From NCBI GenBank assembly GCA_963785725.1, contig CAWAWS010000020.1:224001-288000 (forward strand): a stretch of 64,000 nt of DNA, given 5' to 3'. The position numbers and the translations under genes are program-made. This document shows, piece by piece, positions 36,456 to 49,075 of this stretch (its first letter is position 1; every line of letters starts with the position of its first letter). The notes under the pieces were generated by a model, which was not told the DNA's origin, ran no database searches, and saw only the letters and a list, made by a program, of their open reading frames with translations. The stretch is from an uncultured delta proteobacterium (GTDB taxonomy: Bacteria; Myxococcota_A; Polyangia; Palsa-1104).

Positions 36456-37037
36456 CTACTTCTTGCTGCCGCCGGCCTTGAGGCTCGCCTTGCGATTGCG
36501 CGCCCAGCACGCTTCATCATGCTCGCTGCACTCGGGGTTCTCCTTGCCGTAGGAGACCGTCTTGATCTGCTTCTCCGACGCGCCCAGCGAGCCCAAGTAC
36601 TTGCGCACGGCGTTGGCGCGGCGATCGCCGAGCGCGAGGTTGTACTCCTCGGTGCCGCGCTCGTCGGCGTTGCCCTCGATCGTCACGTGCAGCTGGTGGT
36701 CCGCCTTCAGGCAGCGCGCCGAGCGATCGAGCTGCGGCCGATCGTTGGTGTCGATCTCGTCGCTGTTGAAGGGAAAGTGGATGCGCACGTTCGTGCACTC
36801 GGCCAGGTCGGCCGTGATGTCGACGCAGCGGCCGCCGATGCACAGCTGCTTGTCACCGCAGTCCAGATCGGTCGCGCACGTGTTGGACGCGCTGGGCACG
36901 GCCGTCGGCGGGCTCGCCGGCGGCGGCGCTGACGACGCCATGGGCGCCGACGGCTCCGCCTTCGTCTCCTGCTTGTGCGCGCATCCCGCGACCATCAAAA
37001 ACATCGACATCGATAACGTAAATGCCAGGCGGCTCAT
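36456..37037 (-). CDS. pal: OmpA/Pal-like peptidoglycan-associated lipoprotein
   Basis: VAGC lipobox, IEGNADERGTEEYNLALGDRRA, VSYGKE.P, W.RNR; GGAGG RBS. Confidence 0.85.
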   Translation of the reverse strand: MSRLAFTLSMSMFLMVAGCAHKQETKAEPSAPMASSAPPPASPPTAVPSASNTCATDLDCGDKQLCIGGRCVDITADLAECTNVRIHFPFNSDEIDTNDRPQLDRSARCLKADHQLHVTIEGNADERGTEEYNLALGDRRANAVRKYLGSLGASEKQIKTVSYGKENPECSEHDEACWARNRKASLKAGGSKK

Positions 37038-37084
37038 CGCCACACCTCCATAAAGGATTGGTTGGTACGCGTGCCGGGATATTG

Positions 37085-37100
37085 TTATATGGGCTCCCAA
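37085..37100 (+). promoter_or_regulatory. Putative MarR autoregulatory operator
   Basis: TTATATGGGCTCCCAA directly before the marR ATG; 14/16 identical to the ClC promoter motif. Confidence 0.55.
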
Positions 37101-37103
37101 CCG

Positions 37104-37661
37104 ATGTCCACTTCGCAACGCGTGCTCGACTCGATTCGGCGCATCGTGCGTTTGTTGCGCGAGGGATCGCGTGTCGCGGAAGAGACGGTCGGCTTGTCGG
37201 CGGCGCAGCTGTTCGTCCTGCAGCGCCTCGACACGCCGCAGCCGCTGTCGCTCAACGAGTTGGCGGCGCGCACGCTGACGCATCAAAGCTCGGTGTCGGT
37301 CGTCGTGCGTCGGCTCGTCGAGCGCGGGCTGGTCCAGCGCAAACCGGCGGAGCGCGACGCGCGCCGGCTCGACCTCTCGCTGACCAAGCGCGGACAGGCG
37401 CTGCTGGCGCGCGCGCCGGCGGTGGCGCAGGATCGCATCATCGCCGCCGTCGCGACGCTGCCGTCGCCGCAGCGCCGCTCACTGACGACGGGGCTGGAAG
37501 CGCTCGTCAAAGCGCTGGGATTCGACGATCGGGCAGCGCCGATGCTGCAGCTTGGGCTCGAAGATGACGGCGACGGCGCGGTGGCGGCCGCGCCACGCAA
37601 GCGTAAGAAGCGCCCGCCCGTGCCGCGAACGGCGGGGACGCAGCGCCCGCGCAGCCGGTAA
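37104..37661 (+). CDS. MarR-family transcriptional regulator
   Basis: GLSAAQLFVL, ELAART..HQSSVS.VV.RLVERGLV, DARR..L.LT..G. Confidence 0.9.
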   Translation: MSTSQRVLDSIRRIVRLLREGSRVAEETVGLSAAQLFVLQRLDTPQPLSLNELAARTLTHQSSVSVVVRRLVERGLVQRKPAERDARRLDLSLTKRGQALLARAPAVAQDRIIAAVATLPSPQRRSLTTGLEALVKALGFDDRAAPMLQLGLEDDGDGAVAAAPRKRKKRPPVPRTAGTQRPRSR

Positions 37662-37706
37662 GCCGTATCCCGCAGGCCGGAATGCGATTCCGCGCTGCGG
37701 TTCGGC
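37662..37706 (+). terminator. GC-rich hairpin directly after marR
   Basis: CCGCAG..CGGAAT-gcg-ATTCCG..CTGCGG; no U-tract. Confidence 0.35.
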
Positions 37707-37826
37707 GCCCGACACCGCGACCCGAGGCGTAACCCGGTTCCACGCGCGACTGCCTGACGCCTGCCGCCGACCTCGTCGTGAGGACGCCGATTCCGCCGCC
37801 GACTTGAAACGTGATAACAAGCGCGC

Positions 37827-39473
37827 ATGACCAAGATCGCGCTCTTGACCGTCGCCGCCGTCGCCGCCGCGCTGCCCGCAGCCTGGAGCGCGCGCGAAAA
37901 AGCGGCCGCACGACGCATCACCGCCGCCGGCCTCGCCGCCCACGTTCGCTTCCTCGCCGACGACCTGCTCGAAGGCCGCGCGCCGGCCTCACGCGGCAGC
38001 GAGCTGGCGATGCGCTACATCGCCACCGAATACGAACGCATCGGCCTCGACCCCGCCGGCGACGACGGCGGCTGGCTGCAGAAGTTCGACATCGTCGGCG
38101 TCACGCCGAGCCCGGTGCAGCCGATGACCTTCAGCGCCAACGGCAAGACCCTCGTGCTCAAGCCGGGCACCGAGAGCGTCCTGGCCGCGGGATCGCAGAC
38201 CGAGGCGATGGCCGTCAAAGACGCGGACGTCATCTTCGTCGGCTACGGCATCACGGCGCCCGAGCAAAAATGGGACGATTACCGCGATATCGACGTGCAC
38301 GGCAAAGTCGTCCTGGTCATGAACAACGATCCGGAAGCCGATCCCAAGCTGTTCGGCGGCAACACGCGTCTCTATTACGGTCGCTGGACTTATAAATACG
38401 AAGAGGCGGCGCGACACGGGGCCGCCGGCGTCATCATCATTCATACCGAGCATTCCGCGGGATATCCGTGGCAAGTCGTGCAATCGAGCTGGGGCGGCGA
38501 GCAGTTCGAGCTGCCGGCAAACGGCGAGCCGCGCCTGCAATTGCGCATGTGGGCGACGGAAGAGTCGGCGCGCGCCATCGCCAAGCTCGGTGGCCGCGAT
38601 CTCGACGAGCTGCGCCGCGCCGCCGAAAAACGCGACTTCAAGGCGGTCTCGCTGGGCGTGAAGCTGTCGGCCGCCATCAAGGCCAAGCTGTCGCGCGTGC
38701 GTACGGCCAATGTGCTGGGACGATTGAACGGCAGCGATCCGAAGCTCAAAGATCAAGTCGTGGTCGTCAGCGCGCATCACGATCACTTGGGAATGCACGT
38801 GGGAATGAAGGGCGACAATATCTATAACGGCGCGCTCGATAACGGCACCGGTGTCTCGGCGATGCTCGAGCTGGCCGATGCGCTGGCCTCGGTGACGCCG
38901 CGGCCCAAGCGTTCGATCGTCTTCGCCGCCGTCGGCGCCGAGGAGTCGGGCCTGCTCGGCAGTCAATACTTCTGCCAGCACCCCATCGTTCCCGCCGGCC
39001 GCATCGCCGCCAACTTGAATATCGACGGAGTCGATATTTGGGGCCGCGCCAGCGATATCGGATTCATCGGTCTCGGCAAGTCGTCGCTCGACGACATCGT
39101 CATCAATGTCGCCAAAGCGCAGGGCCGCACCGTCACCGGCGACGAGCAGCCCGACAAAGGCAGCTTCTATCGCAGCGACCAATTCAACTTCGCCAAGATC
39201 GGCGTGCCCGCCATCTACCTCGAAGCCGGCGTTCGCTATCCCGGTCACGACGCCGACTGGGGCCGCGCGCTGCACGAGACGTATACGAAAGAGCGCTATC
39301 ACCAGCCGAGTGACCAAATCGACAACACGTGGAAGCTGGAAGGCGCGATCGAGGACGTGCAGCTGATGGCGGTGACGCTGCTGCGCGTGGCCGACAGCGC
39401 CAAGCTGCCCGAGTGGCATGCCGGCGACGAGTTCGAAGCCGCCCGCAAAGCCGCGCTGCAATCGACGCACTGA
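37827..39473 (+). CDS. M28-family aminopeptidase with PA domain
   Basis: LADD.LEGR, YYGRWTYKYEEA, SAHHDH, GALDN, AEESGLLGS, RSDQFNF, YHQPSD. Confidence 0.92.
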   Translation: MTKIALLTVAAVAAALPAAWSAREKAAARRITAAGLAAHVRFLADDLLEGRAPASRGSELAMRYIATEYERIGLDPAGDDGGWLQKFDIVGVTPSPVQPMTFSANGKTLVLKPGTESVLAAGSQTEAMAVKDADVIFVGYGITAPEQKWDDYRDIDVHGKVVLVMNNDPEADPKLFGGNTRLYYGRWTYKYEEAARHGAAGVIIIHTEHSAGYPWQVVQSSWGGEQFELPANGEPRLQLRMWATEESARAIAKLGGRDLDELRRAAEKRDFKAVSLGVKLSAAIKAKLSRVRTANVLGRLNGSDPKLKDQVVVVSAHHDHLGMHVGMKGDNIYNGALDNGTGVSAMLELADALASVTPRPKRSIVFAAVGAEESGLLGSQYFCQHPIVPAGRIAANLNIDGVDIWGRASDIGFIGLGKSSLDDIVINVAKAQGRTVTGDEQPDKGSFYRSDQFNFAKIGVPAIYLEAGVRYPGHDADWGRALHETYTKERYHQPSDQIDNTWKLEGAIEDVQLMAVTLLRVADSAKLPEWHAGDEFEAARKAALQSTH

Positions 39474-39499
39474 CGAGCACCTCGCCGGCCGCTGAATCT

Positions 39500-40423
39500 T
39501 CAGACGGCAGAAAAACGCTTCGCCCACCTTTCCTGCCGAAAGTCTTCGACGACGAAATCGACGAAGGCCCGTGTCTTGGCCGGCAACAAGCTCTGCGCCG
39601 CGTAATAAATCGACAGATTCCCGCCATCGACGTACCAATCGGGCAGCACGCGCACGAGCCGGCCGTCCTCGAGATACGGCAGCGCGTGCGGCATGCTGAC
39701 CAGCGCGACACCGAGATCCATCGTCGCCGCGCGACAAGAAGCGTCGGGATCGTTCATCGTCATGCGCGTCTTCAACAGGATCGCCGCCTCGTCGCCGGCG
39801 CGATTGCGCAGCGCCCACGGCCGCACGCGTCCCGTCTGCGGCGAGCGCACGCCGATGCCGTCGACGCGCGCCAGATCGGCCGGCCGCCGAATCGCGACCA
39901 CCCGCCGCAAGAACGCCTTCGTCGCCACGAGCACGCGATGCGCCGGCGCCAGCTTGCGCGCGACGAGCCCCGCCGAAAGCTCGATCGATCCGCCGATCGC
40001 CGCGTCGTAACCCTCGGCGATGAGATCGACCGCGCGATTCTCGAAGTGCCAGTCGGGTGAGATCGCCGGATAGCGCGCCAGGAACGCGCCCAGCCGCGGC
40101 ATCACGTAGTCGCGCCCAAACACCGTCCCCATGCTGACTTTGAGCGTGCCCGCCGGCTGTCCGTCGGCGCGCGCCAGATGCGCCACCGCCGACTGAATGC
40201 GCACCAACCCTTCGCGCACCTCGTCGAGGAAGCGCTGCCCCGACTCGGTCAACGCCAAGCTGCGCGTGCTGCGCGTGAACAGCCGCACGCCCAAGCCGCG
40301 CTCGAGCTTGGCGATGTTCTTGCCGACGGCGGCGGGCGTGAGCCCCATTCGGCGCGCGGCCGCGGCGAAGCTGCCGGCGTCGGCGCTGCGCACGAAACAG
40401 TCGATGCTGGTCAGCGTCTCCAT
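39500..40423 (-). CDS. LysR-family transcriptional regulator
   Basis: GSFAAAAR..G...AV.K.I..LE..LGVRLF.RSTR.L.LT..G; DLI.EG.DAAI. Confidence 0.93.
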   Translation of the reverse strand: METLTSIDCFVRSADAGSFAAAARRMGLTPAAVGKNIAKLERGLGVRLFTRSTRSLALTESGQRFLDEVREGLVRIQSAVAHLARADGQPAGTLKVSMGTVFGRDYVMPRLGAFLARYPAISPDWHFENRAVDLIAEGYDAAIGGSIELSAGLVARKLAPAHRVLVATKAFLRRVVAIRRPADLARVDGIGVRSPQTGRVRPWALRNRAGDEAAILLKTRMTMNDPDASCRAATMDLGVALVSMPHALPYLEDGRLVRVLPDWYVDGGNLSIYYAAQSLLPAKTRAFVDFVVEDFRQERWAKRFSAV

Positions 40424-40434
40424 CCCAACGATTA

Positions 40435-40449
40435 TAAACCAACGGTTTA
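40435..40449. promoter_or_regulatory. Palindrome in the LysR/SDR divergent promoter
   Basis: TAAACC-AAC-GGTTTA. Confidence 0.5.
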
Positions 40450-40542
40450 CTCAGAATGTCGCGATTGACGGCTACTCGGAACGACTGCGCGCGCGCATCT
40501 TCATCCTCGTAAACACACTTCAACCGCCAAACAGGAGCTCCC

Positions 40543-41307
40543 ATGACTACGAACAGCAACAGCATCGATACGTCGCTCGCCGGTAAGGTCGCGCTCGTGC
40601 AGGGCGGGTCGCGCGGCATCGGCGCGGCCGTCGTGCGCCGGCTGGCGAGCCAGGGCGCGAGCGTCGCCTTCACCTACGCCGCGTCGACGGCGCGCGCGCA
40701 GGAATTGACCGCCTCCGTCGAGGCCGCGGGCGGGCGCGTGCTCGCCATCCAGGCCGACGCCGCCGATGCCGACGCGGTGCGCGGCGCGGTCAGCCAGACG
40801 ATGCGCGTCTTTGGTCGCCTCGACATCCTCGTGAATTCGGCGGGCGTGCTCGCCATCGCGCCGCTGGCCGACTTCACGCTCGCGGACTTCGACCGCACGC
40901 TCGCGGTCAACGTGCGCAGCGTCTTCGTCGCCGCGCAAGCCGCGGCCGCGGTCATGACGACGGGCGGACGCATCATCACCATCGGCAGCACCAACGCCGA
41001 GCGCATGCCGTTCCAAGGCGGCGGACCGTACGCCATGAGCAAGGCGGCCGTCGCCGGGCTGACGCGCGGATTGGCGCGCGACTTGGGGCCGCGCGGCATC
41101 ACCGTCAACAACGTACAGCCGGGCCCGGTCGACACCGAGATGAACCCCGACCGCGGCGACTTCGCGGCGGTGCTCAAAGGGTTCCTCGCGCTCGGCCGCT
41201 ACGGCAAGGCGGACGAGATTGCGAGCCTCGTCGCCTTCCTCGCCGGCGAGCAAGCGGCCTACATCACGGGCGCGAACATCATGATTGATGGCGGCTTCTC
41301 GGCCTGA
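40543..41307 (+). CDS. Short-chain dehydrogenase/reductase
   Basis: GGSRGIG, NSAG, YAMSK, PGPVDT, ITGANIMIDGG; AGGAG RBS. Confidence 0.93.
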   Translation: MTTNSNSIDTSLAGKVALVQGGSRGIGAAVVRRLASQGASVAFTYAASTARAQELTASVEAAGGRVLAIQADAADADAVRGAVSQTMRVFGRLDILVNSAGVLAIAPLADFTLADFDRTLAVNVRSVFVAAQAAAAVMTTGGRIITIGSTNAERMPFQGGGPYAMSKAAVAGLTRGLARDLGPRGITVNNVQPGPVDTEMNPDRGDFAAVLKGFLALGRYGKADEIASLVAFLAGEQAAYITGANIMIDGGFSA

Positions 41308-41424
41308 GTCGCCGTCGGCGCGCACGGCCGCGCTCGCCAGTGCAACCCGCGGTCGCGCTCGCGCGTCCGACGGCCGGCGATTGTCATCGCTGCCCCCATG
41401 CCGCTCGTGGATAATATCGCCGCG

Positions 41425-41973
41425 ATGAGCCCGCCCCTCGACGACCTCGTGCGCCGCCTGCGCCTCGCGCCGCATCCCGAAGGCGGCTGGTTTCGCGAGC
41501 TCTATCGCGACGACGCCGTCACCACCATCTACTACGTCATGGCGCCGCGCGGGCTGTCGCCGCTGCATCGCCTGCGCACGCGCAGTGAGCTGTGGCACTT
41601 CTACGGCGGGGCTGCCGTCGAGCTGCACACCATCGTCGAGAATGGCGGCGACGCCGACGTTCGGACAGACGCGACAGCTCGTGCAAAATCTGTAAACCCC
41701 GTAAACATCGCTGATGACGGCCGGGAAGCGGCTGAGCCGAGCGCGGGCGGCGCCATCCATCGCGTCGCCCTGTTGTCGCCCGATGCGCCGCTGGCGGTCG
41801 TGCCGCCCGGCGTGTGGCAGGCGGCGCGCGTCCTCGGCGACGAGCCGGCGCTGCTCGGCTGCACCGTCGCGCCGGCGTTCGACTTCGCCGACTGGCAGAT
41901 GCCGTCACGCGCCGAGCTGCTCGCGCGCCTGCCCACGCACGCCGCGCTCGTCGCGGCGCTGACCCGCCCGTGA
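41425..41973 (+). CDS. Cupin DUF985 (cupin_5) family protein with internal insertion
   Basis: L.PHPEGGWFRE, TIYY, ELWHFY.G, VVP.G.WQAA, GCTVAPAFDF.D. Confidence 0.85.
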   Translation: MSPPLDDLVRRLRLAPHPEGGWFRELYRDDAVTTIYYVMAPRGLSPLHRLRTRSELWHFYGGAAVELHTIVENGGDADVRTDATARAKSVNPVNIADDGREAAEPSAGGAIHRVALLSPDAPLAVVPPGVWQAARVLGDEPALLGCTVAPAFDFADWQMPSRAELLARLPTHAALVAALTRP

Positions 41974-44624
41974 GGCGCGCCGCTGCGCCGCTCGTCGCGC
42001 TCGCGCTCGTCGTTGCCTCGTCCGCGGCGCGGGCGCAGCCGGTGGCGACGCCGACCGGCCCATTGACGTCGCCGCCGCCGGCCGCGCCGCCGCCGCAGCT
42101 CGACAAGGCGCCCAAGCTCTTGCGCTTCGTCGAGGCCGAGCCGCCGGCGGCGCTGGCCGAGCGACGGCAAGTCGACGTCGTCCTCGGCATCGACGTCGAC
42201 GAGAGTGGCAAGGTGACGGCGCTCGTCGTGCTCGAGTCGGGCGGCGCCGAGTTCGACGCCGCCGCCGTCGCCGCCGTGCACCAATTCGAGTTCGCGCCCG
42301 GTGAATCCGCGGGAAAGCCCGTGCCAGTGCGCATTACCTACCGTTATCGGTTCCTCTATAAACCGCCCGCGCCTCCGCCGAAGCCGGCCCCAGACGCGGC
42401 GAACGCGGCGGTTTCGACGGCGCCGCCCGTCGACAGCGTGCCCGTCGTCGGCCGCGTGCTGCGCCAAGGCGATCGCCAGCCGCTCGGCGGCCTCACCGTC
42501 GCCATCGACGACGGCGCGCTCTCGATCGCGACCAACGCCGACGGCCGCTTCCAGTTTCCCGCCGTCCCCGTCGGCGCGCACACCCTCGTCGTCGTCGGGC
42601 CCGACATCGCGCGCAGCGAATTCAAAGTGACGCTCAAGCACGATAAGCAGCTGACGGCGACCTGGTATGTCGCGGGCCGCCAGCGCTACACGTCGCGCGT
42701 TCGCGCGCAGCGCGCGGTCGTGGAGACGGTCGAGCAATCGCTCTCCGGCGACGAGCTGCGCCACATCCCCGGCACCCAAGGCGACACGTTGAAAGCCGTC
42801 CAGAACCTGCCCGGCGTCGCGCGCGCGCCCTTTGGCGGCGGCCAGATCATCGTCTGGGGCTCATCCCCGCAAGATACGCGTACGTATGTGGACGGCGTCT
42901 ACATTCCCACGCTCTTCCACTTCGGCGGCCTGCGCTCGACGGTGAACAGCGAGATGGTCGAAGGGCTGCAATTCCTGCCCGGCGGCTACGGCGTCGACCA
43001 CGGCCGCGGCATGGGCGGCGTCATCGAAGTCGAGACGCGCGCGCCGCGCAAAGACGGCTTTCACGGCTTCGTGCAGCTCGATCTCATCGACGGCTCGCTC
43101 ATGCTCGAAGGTCCGATTACGAAGAACCTGTCCTTCGCCGTTGCCGCGCGCCGCAGCTGGATCGACGCCATTTTACCGATATTCACCACCAACAATTTCC
43201 AGCTCTCGCCGGTCTATTACGATTATCAGGCCAAGCTGCGTTGGCGCGCCTCTTCACGCGACGACGTCGACGTCTTCATCTTCGGCAGCGACGACGTCGT
43301 CAAGCTGGCGCTCAAAGGCGGCTCCGATCCGAGCTTACAAGCCGCGTTCGCGTCGCATACGTTTTATCACCGCATCTTGGCGCGTTGGCAGCATCGCTTT
43401 GCCAGTCGCGGCGTCCTGACGGTCACGCCCTCGATCGGTTACGACGTTCCTTTCGAGTTCAAAGCGAACATCGGCAATGTCGCGGTCTCGGTCGATGCCG
43501 CGACGTTCGAATACAACTTACGATCGACGTTTCGCCAGCCGCTGACACGCTCGTTGCGGCTCGACGTCGGTCTCGACTTCGAGGGCAATCGTTATTACTT
43601 GTCGGCCGACGCCCCGCAAGGCGGCCAGCCGCGTGAAGGCAGCAGCGGCGCCGGATTCGGAAGCGGCTTCGCCTCCGATCGCGAGACGCTCGATCAATTG
43701 ACGGTCGCGCCTTATATCGCGCTCGATTTCTCGCCCATCAAGAACCTGCATATCACGCCGCAAATGCGCTTCGAGCTCTATGACTTTCGCGGCTATCAAG
43801 CGTCGCCTTACAACTTCGACCACTTTTACTACTTGTCCGAGCCGCGTTTGAGCGCGCGCTATCAGATCAATCGCTGGGCGGCGGTGAAATTCGCGCTCGG
43901 CGTCTATCATCAACCGCCCGATCCGGGCTCGTTCTTGCGCTCGTTCGGTAACCCCAAAGTCATTCCGCAATATGCCTGGCATTATGTCGTCGGCGCCGAC
44001 TTCGATCCGACGGCGACGCTTCACATCGAGCTCGAAGGGTTTTACAAAGACCTGCGCAACCTCGTCGTCAACGGCGAAAACGTCGGCGATCCGACGCTCA
44101 CCAATGACGGAATCGGACGCGTCTACGGCGGCGAAGTGTTATTGCGCCAAGAGCTGTTCAAAGGATTCTTCGGCTGGGTCTCTTACACGTTGTCGCGCTC
44201 GGAGCGTAAGGATCACGCCGATCAGCCGTGGCGCGTATTCCAATACGATCAAACGCATATCCTGACCATCATCGGCAGCTATAAATTCGGCCGCGGATAT
44301 CAGGTCGGCCTGCGCTTCCGCTATGTCACCGGCAATCCGTATACGCCGGTCGTCGGCGCCTTTTACGACTCGAACGAGAACTCTTATACGCCGCAGAACG
44401 CCCCGATTTATTCCGGGCGGCTCGGCGCATTCAATCAGCTCGACGTTCGTTTCGACAAGAAGTGGACCTTCAATCGCTGGGCGCTGAGCATGTATGTCGA
44501 TATTCAAAACCTGTATAACGCCAGCAACCCCGAAGGATATACGTACAATTATAATTATACGCAGCGGCAATCGATATCGGGATTGCCGTTCTTGCCGGTC
44601 TACGGCATTCGCGGGGACTTCTAA
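41970..44624 (+). CDS. TonB-dependent outer-membrane receptor with N-terminal TonB-C-like and carboxypeptidase-regulatory-like domains
   Basis: Signal peptide, FD.AA..AV.QF.F.P, IPGT.GD..K.VQNLPGVAR plug, aromatic beta-barrel, terminal Phe; GTG overlaps the cupin stop. Confidence 0.9.
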   Translation: MRRAAAPLVALALVVASSAARAQPVATPTGPLTSPPPAAPPPQLDKAPKLLRFVEAEPPAALAERRQVDVVLGIDVDESGKVTALVVLESGGAEFDAAAVAAVHQFEFAPGESAGKPVPVRITYRYRFLYKPPAPPPKPAPDAANAAVSTAPPVDSVPVVGRVLRQGDRQPLGGLTVAIDDGALSIATNADGRFQFPAVPVGAHTLVVVGPDIARSEFKVTLKHDKQLTATWYVAGRQRYTSRVRAQRAVVETVEQSLSGDELRHIPGTQGDTLKAVQNLPGVARAPFGGGQIIVWGSSPQDTRTYVDGVYIPTLFHFGGLRSTVNSEMVEGLQFLPGGYGVDHGRGMGGVIEVETRAPRKDGFHGFVQLDLIDGSLMLEGPITKNLSFAVAARRSWIDAILPIFTTNNFQLSPVYYDYQAKLRWRASSRDDVDVFIFGSDDVVKLALKGGSDPSLQAAFASHTFYHRILARWQHRFASRGVLTVTPSIGYDVPFEFKANIGNVAVSVDAATFEYNLRSTFRQPLTRSLRLDVGLDFEGNRYYLSADAPQGGQPREGSSGAGFGSGFASDRETLDQLTVAPYIALDFSPIKNLHITPQMRFELYDFRGYQASPYNFDHFYYLSEPRLSARYQINRWAAVKFALGVYHQPPDPGSFLRSFGNPKVIPQYAWHYVVGADFDPTATLHIELEGFYKDLRNLVVNGENVGDPTLTNDGIGRVYGGEVLLRQELFKGFFGWVSYTLSRSERKDHADQPWRVFQYDQTHILTIIGSYKFGRGYQVGLRFRYVTGNPYTPVVGAFYDSNENSYTPQNAPIYSGRLGAFNQLDVRFDKKWTFNRWALSMYVDIQNLYNASNPEGYTYNYNYTQRQSISGLPFLPVYGIRGDF

Positions 44625-45487
44625 TGCGCCTGCCTCTTTCGTTGATCGTGGCGCCTTTCGTTTTCACGCTATTTGGCTGCAGCAACAACTTCGATCCGCA
44701 GTCGTATATCGCCGACCTGCGGCTCATCGCGGTCACGGCCGATCCGCCCGATATTCCGCCGGGCGCGACGTCGACGCTGACGGCGACGTGGGCCAACCCC
44801 GGCGGCGCCGCGCCGGCGTTTGCGTGGGCGGCGTGCCTCGATCCGCCGTCGCCGACGTCGGGCGACATCAATCCGGCGTGCGCCGCGAGCGACATGGGCG
44901 CGTCCTTCATCCCGCTCGCGGGCAGCGCGCCGACGGTGACGGTGACGATGCCGACGTTGACGATGACCGAGCTCGGCCTGCCCGATCCGAGCGGCGGCTT
45001 TTATCTTCCCGTGCGCGCGATCATGACGGCGGGAAATCAGGAGCTGACGGCGTTTTATCGACTGCGTTATTTCTTTGGCACCTTGTCGCCCAACCCGCCC
45101 AATCAGAATCCGACATTGATGGACGTGTATACGATTCCCGAGGCCGACGCCGGCGCCGCCGAGCAGACGACGCTCGGGCCCGACGACGCCCCCGACGTGC
45201 ACGCGGGCGACAAGCTGCATTTGCGCGCCGTGCTCACGCCGGGCAGCCAAGAGATGTATATCGACCCGCTGCAGGGAACGACGCCGATTACGGAGATTGT
45301 GACGATCTCTTGGTACACGACGGCGGGCACGTTCAATCACGACGTCACCGGGCAGGCCGAGCCGGATACGACGTTGACGTTCGATAAGCATTTGCCGTCG
45401 TCGGGCAGCGCGGTGCAGCTGTGGATCGTCGCGCAAGACGAGCGCGGCGGCACGAATGTCCTGCAGCGGCAGCTCACGTTCCGCTAA
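44624..45487 (+). CDS. Lipoprotein coupled to the TonB receptor
   Basis: LFGC lipobox, LR.IAV.ADPP, N.NP, W..TAG.F, DERGG; TAATG overlap. Confidence 0.75.
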   Translation: MRLPLSLIVAPFVFTLFGCSNNFDPQSYIADLRLIAVTADPPDIPPGATSTLTATWANPGGAAPAFAWAACLDPPSPTSGDINPACAASDMGASFIPLAGSAPTVTVTMPTLTMTELGLPDPSGGFYLPVRAIMTAGNQELTAFYRLRYFFGTLSPNPPNQNPTLMDVYTIPEADAGAAEQTTLGPDDAPDVHAGDKLHLRAVLTPGSQEMYIDPLQGTTPITEIVTISWYTTAGTFNHDVTGQAEPDTTLTFDKHLPSSGSAVQLWIVAQDERGGTNVLQRQLTFR

Positions 45488-45520
45488 ACAGTGTCCCTTG
45501 GCTTGTGAGCGATCGCGACG

Positions 45521-46306
45521 TCAGCGCGGGCGGAAGCTGGCGAGCAGCTCTTTGCCTTGGCGGCCGGCGACGGAGTCGGTCGGCACGCTGAGCTGCACCA
45601 GCGTGAAGCGCGCCGCGAATAGCCGCTGCAGCTCGTCGGCGTCGACGGAGAATGGCGGGCCGCCGCTGCCGCCGTGCGTGCGGAAGAGGCCGACGAGCTC
45701 GCCGCCGGGCCGCAGCACGCGCGCCGCCACCGCGACGTAAGCGGCGCGCCGGCTGGGCTCGATGGCGCAGAAGCAGCAATGCTCGACGACGAGATCGTAG
45801 CGGCCGCGATCGGGGATATCGTCGTCGCCGCCGAGCGTGAACAGGTCTTGCCGGCGGAAGTCGATGGCCATGCCGGCGGGCGTCAACCGGCGCGCCTCGG
45901 CGATGGCGTCGGCCGCGAAGTCGACGGCCACCACTTCGGCGCCGCGCGACGCCAACAGGCGCGCCTCGTGACCACGCCCGCAGCCGACGACGAGCGCGCG
46001 TTTGCCCGCCGGCGACGCGCGATCGAACCAGCGTTCCAACGGCGGCGCGGCGCGCATCAGCTCCCAACCGGTCTGCTGCTGCGCGTACAGCGACTGCCAG
46101 AACTCGGGCTGCGACGGCGTCTCCGCCGGCTGCAGACGCGGCCCGCGGATGACGTTCGTCGCCGCGCGCACGGCGTCGTCGGCGGCCGCGCTCACGGCCG
46201 CGAAGTCGCCGCCGGTGAGCGTGATGGTGCGCTCGCCGGCGGCGTCGACGATGGTGACCTCGGCGCGCTGTTTGTCGAACTGCAGGTCGAGGCGGCGGAC
46301 GTCCAA
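45521..46306 (-). CDS. Thiopurine/thiol S-methyltransferase-like SAM-dependent methyltransferase
   Basis: FW...Y....TGW, LVVGCGRGHEA, EHCCFCAI.P..R..Y, GGPPF. Confidence 0.85.
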   Translation of the reverse strand: MDVRRLDLQFDKQRAEVTIVDAAGERTITLTGGDFAAVSAAADDAVRAATNVIRGPRLQPAETPSQPEFWQSLYAQQQTGWELMRAAPPLERWFDRASPAGKRALVVGCGRGHEARLLASRGAEVVAVDFAADAIAEARRLTPAGMAIDFRRQDLFTLGGDDDIPDRGRYDLVVEHCCFCAIEPSRRAAYVAVAARVLRPGGELVGLFRTHGGSGGPPFSVDADELQRLFAARFTLVQLSVPTDSVAGRQGKELLASFRPR

Positions 46307-46307
46307 A

Positions 46308-49075
<2,768 letters not shown>

